64,000 nucleotides of DNA from Moniliella sp. 'wahieum' (taxonomy: Eukaryota), in assembly GCA_003971905.1 (NCBI GenBank), contig RSEE01000026.1, positions 496,001 to 560,000 on the forward strand, in the 5' to 3' direction. The translations under genes and the position numbers were made by a program. The notes under the pieces are model-generated. The model saw only the letters and a program-made list of their open reading frames with translations. It searched no databases and was not told where the DNA came from. Positions 62,601 through 64,000 of this stretch are shown piece by piece. Within the stretch, counting starts at the first letter, position 1; every line of letters starts with the position of its first letter.

Positions 62601-64000
62601 GAGTCGCGCAGTCGCGACGGGGCCAAGAGGAAACCGGTGAGGTTGAACAGCACACAAAATCTTGTCGATTCTCTCGATCCAAAGACGCCGATGAGGCGGA
62701 GTCCACCAATGGACAATCAAAATGAAGATGGCAATGCCCCACGCGGCCACCAACAACCCGTAAAAGACCATCAAGAATCCCAGAGCTGGCAAACAATGAA
62801 CGAAAGGCATGGTGAGTATAATTAGAACGGAACGAGAGGGAGGGGTATCCACATACGAGTCCGGAGGTATCGACCGAACCCAATCAGGCCCCGACGGAAG
62901 CGTTCGCGCGGGGTTTGAAGTCTGGTAATCGCCGCCTCTACTGCCTCATCCTCCTCGGCTTGCTCTTGAGACAAGCGTGCTTCGTCCTCCAACTTGCTTT
63001 TGGGAGAGGCGGGAGCGTCAGAATTAAGTATCTCTTCCTCCGCCGGCGGAGAGAGGCTGTCCAAGGCATTGAAAGGGGGAGGTGGTGGTACCGCACCAGC
63101 CTCCTGTGTTGTTGTCTGCCGCCAGCACCCAGTAGTGGGACCTGGCCCAAAAGTCCATGTCGCTGGTCCGAGCCAGGCTGCCCTGGGGAAGGAAGAACCG
63201 CAGATTGACCCACTGCCTCGCCAGAATATGTGGTGTAAGTGTAGGGGACACCCAAGGGCGTACCCGTGGTAGGGTCAATTTTTGCATCGCCGGGGGATTT
63301 GGCAGTGGACTCGTCCGAAAGAACAGGGTTCAACTCCAACTGGGGCTTACCCAACAGATCCGAGGCGTCCCCAATTGTTTGCCCTGCACGCATATCTCCA
63401 TGGGACGCAAGGGGATCCACGGCGGGAGGAGGCGCTGTCGTCCCAGACGGTCGGTCAGGTGTGGTGACGCCCAAAGGGTCGGCGGCCTGTGTGGCAACGT
63501 CTTCTGTCATGGGCGTTAAGGCCTTGGGGGGAGGCACGACCTTGGGAGAGGCTGCCGCGGTTGACTGCCACGACGGCTAAACGACCCGAACAGCGGCGCG
63601 GCGGCGGCTGGTCAGGAGAGTCAGGGTCGTGACTAAAAGAGGGAAGGCGGGCACGGAGACGGCTGTGGGTCGAAGCGGCCGAAGCGCGGCGGGAAGACAG
63701 AGCGACGGGTAAGTGCTGAGGGCTGTTGGGCGTGTGGGCGAGGGTGAGGTGGAAGGGTGGAGAGGGTCGGTACCCGGGGCGGCAGGGTCGATTTCATGGT
63801 CATCATAGCCATCGCGGAGCGTCCCCGGGACAAGGTCAGACCAGGAGGGAATGGGGGGCGGGTGAAAGGAGGGCGCAAAGAGCACGCCCTGGATGTTGCT
63901 CCATGTGTTCATGGCGGCATAGGCTGGGTCTACCACGTCCCATACATCGGCCTCCTGGGCACGCTGGGCCTCTGCATCGGCCGCAGCTTCGGCGCGGGTC
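59605..64000 (-). CDS. Fungal integral membrane protein, DUF2985-like; 5' end lies beyond the window
   Basis: DVVDPAYAAMNTWSNIQGVLFAP, GFLMVFYGLLVAAWG, RRLWIE, FNLTGFLLAPSRLRD, YYRYHETETH, ALTAAIISCSLSCNALAGLLI..DKTKKKEV. Introns near 62780-62850 and ~59672-59949. Confidence 0.8.
59845..59893. repeat. Imperfect (AAACAG)n microsatellite in the last intron of the DUF2985-like gene
   Basis: Read directly. Confidence 0.85.

Overview
Eukaryotic, GC-rich fungal DNA, most likely a basidiomycete. Evidence: short GT..AG introns with CTRAC-type branch sites, and the eRF1 GAGTS variant. Almost every gene carries scattered 1-nt indels, mostly in homopolymers, which points to an unpolished long-read assembly, so gene coordinates are approximate and were stitched across frames by eye. 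Host genes in order: pyruvate carboxylase (3' part), a long low-complexity protein ending in a (Gly-Met)n tract, a secreted polyamine-oxidase-like flavoprotein, RCC1, a TRI101-like BAHD acyltransferase, eRF1, ISY1, a Tom1/HUWE1-family giant that stops just before the expected HECT domain, a Dal5-type MFS permease, a UPF0658-like membrane protein and a DUF2985-like membrane protein (partial). Mobile DNA: a young full-length Ty1/copia element (TSD AATGT, Ty5-type half-tRNA PBS) inserted in an internally deleted ARC1-like pseudogene, a 1.37-kb deleted Ty3/gypsy derivative with paired LTRs, a solo LTR and a fossil gypsy pol. The most unusual signals are: (1) the HECT-less HUWE1; (2) a recurrent intergenic pattern of TCA/TGA/TTA triplets separated by 4-bp palindromes, forming 7-8 bp tandem arrays upstream of genes; (3) a tandem array of polypurine-tract copies inside the copia element. 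All family assignments come from recognised motifs, not from database searches.
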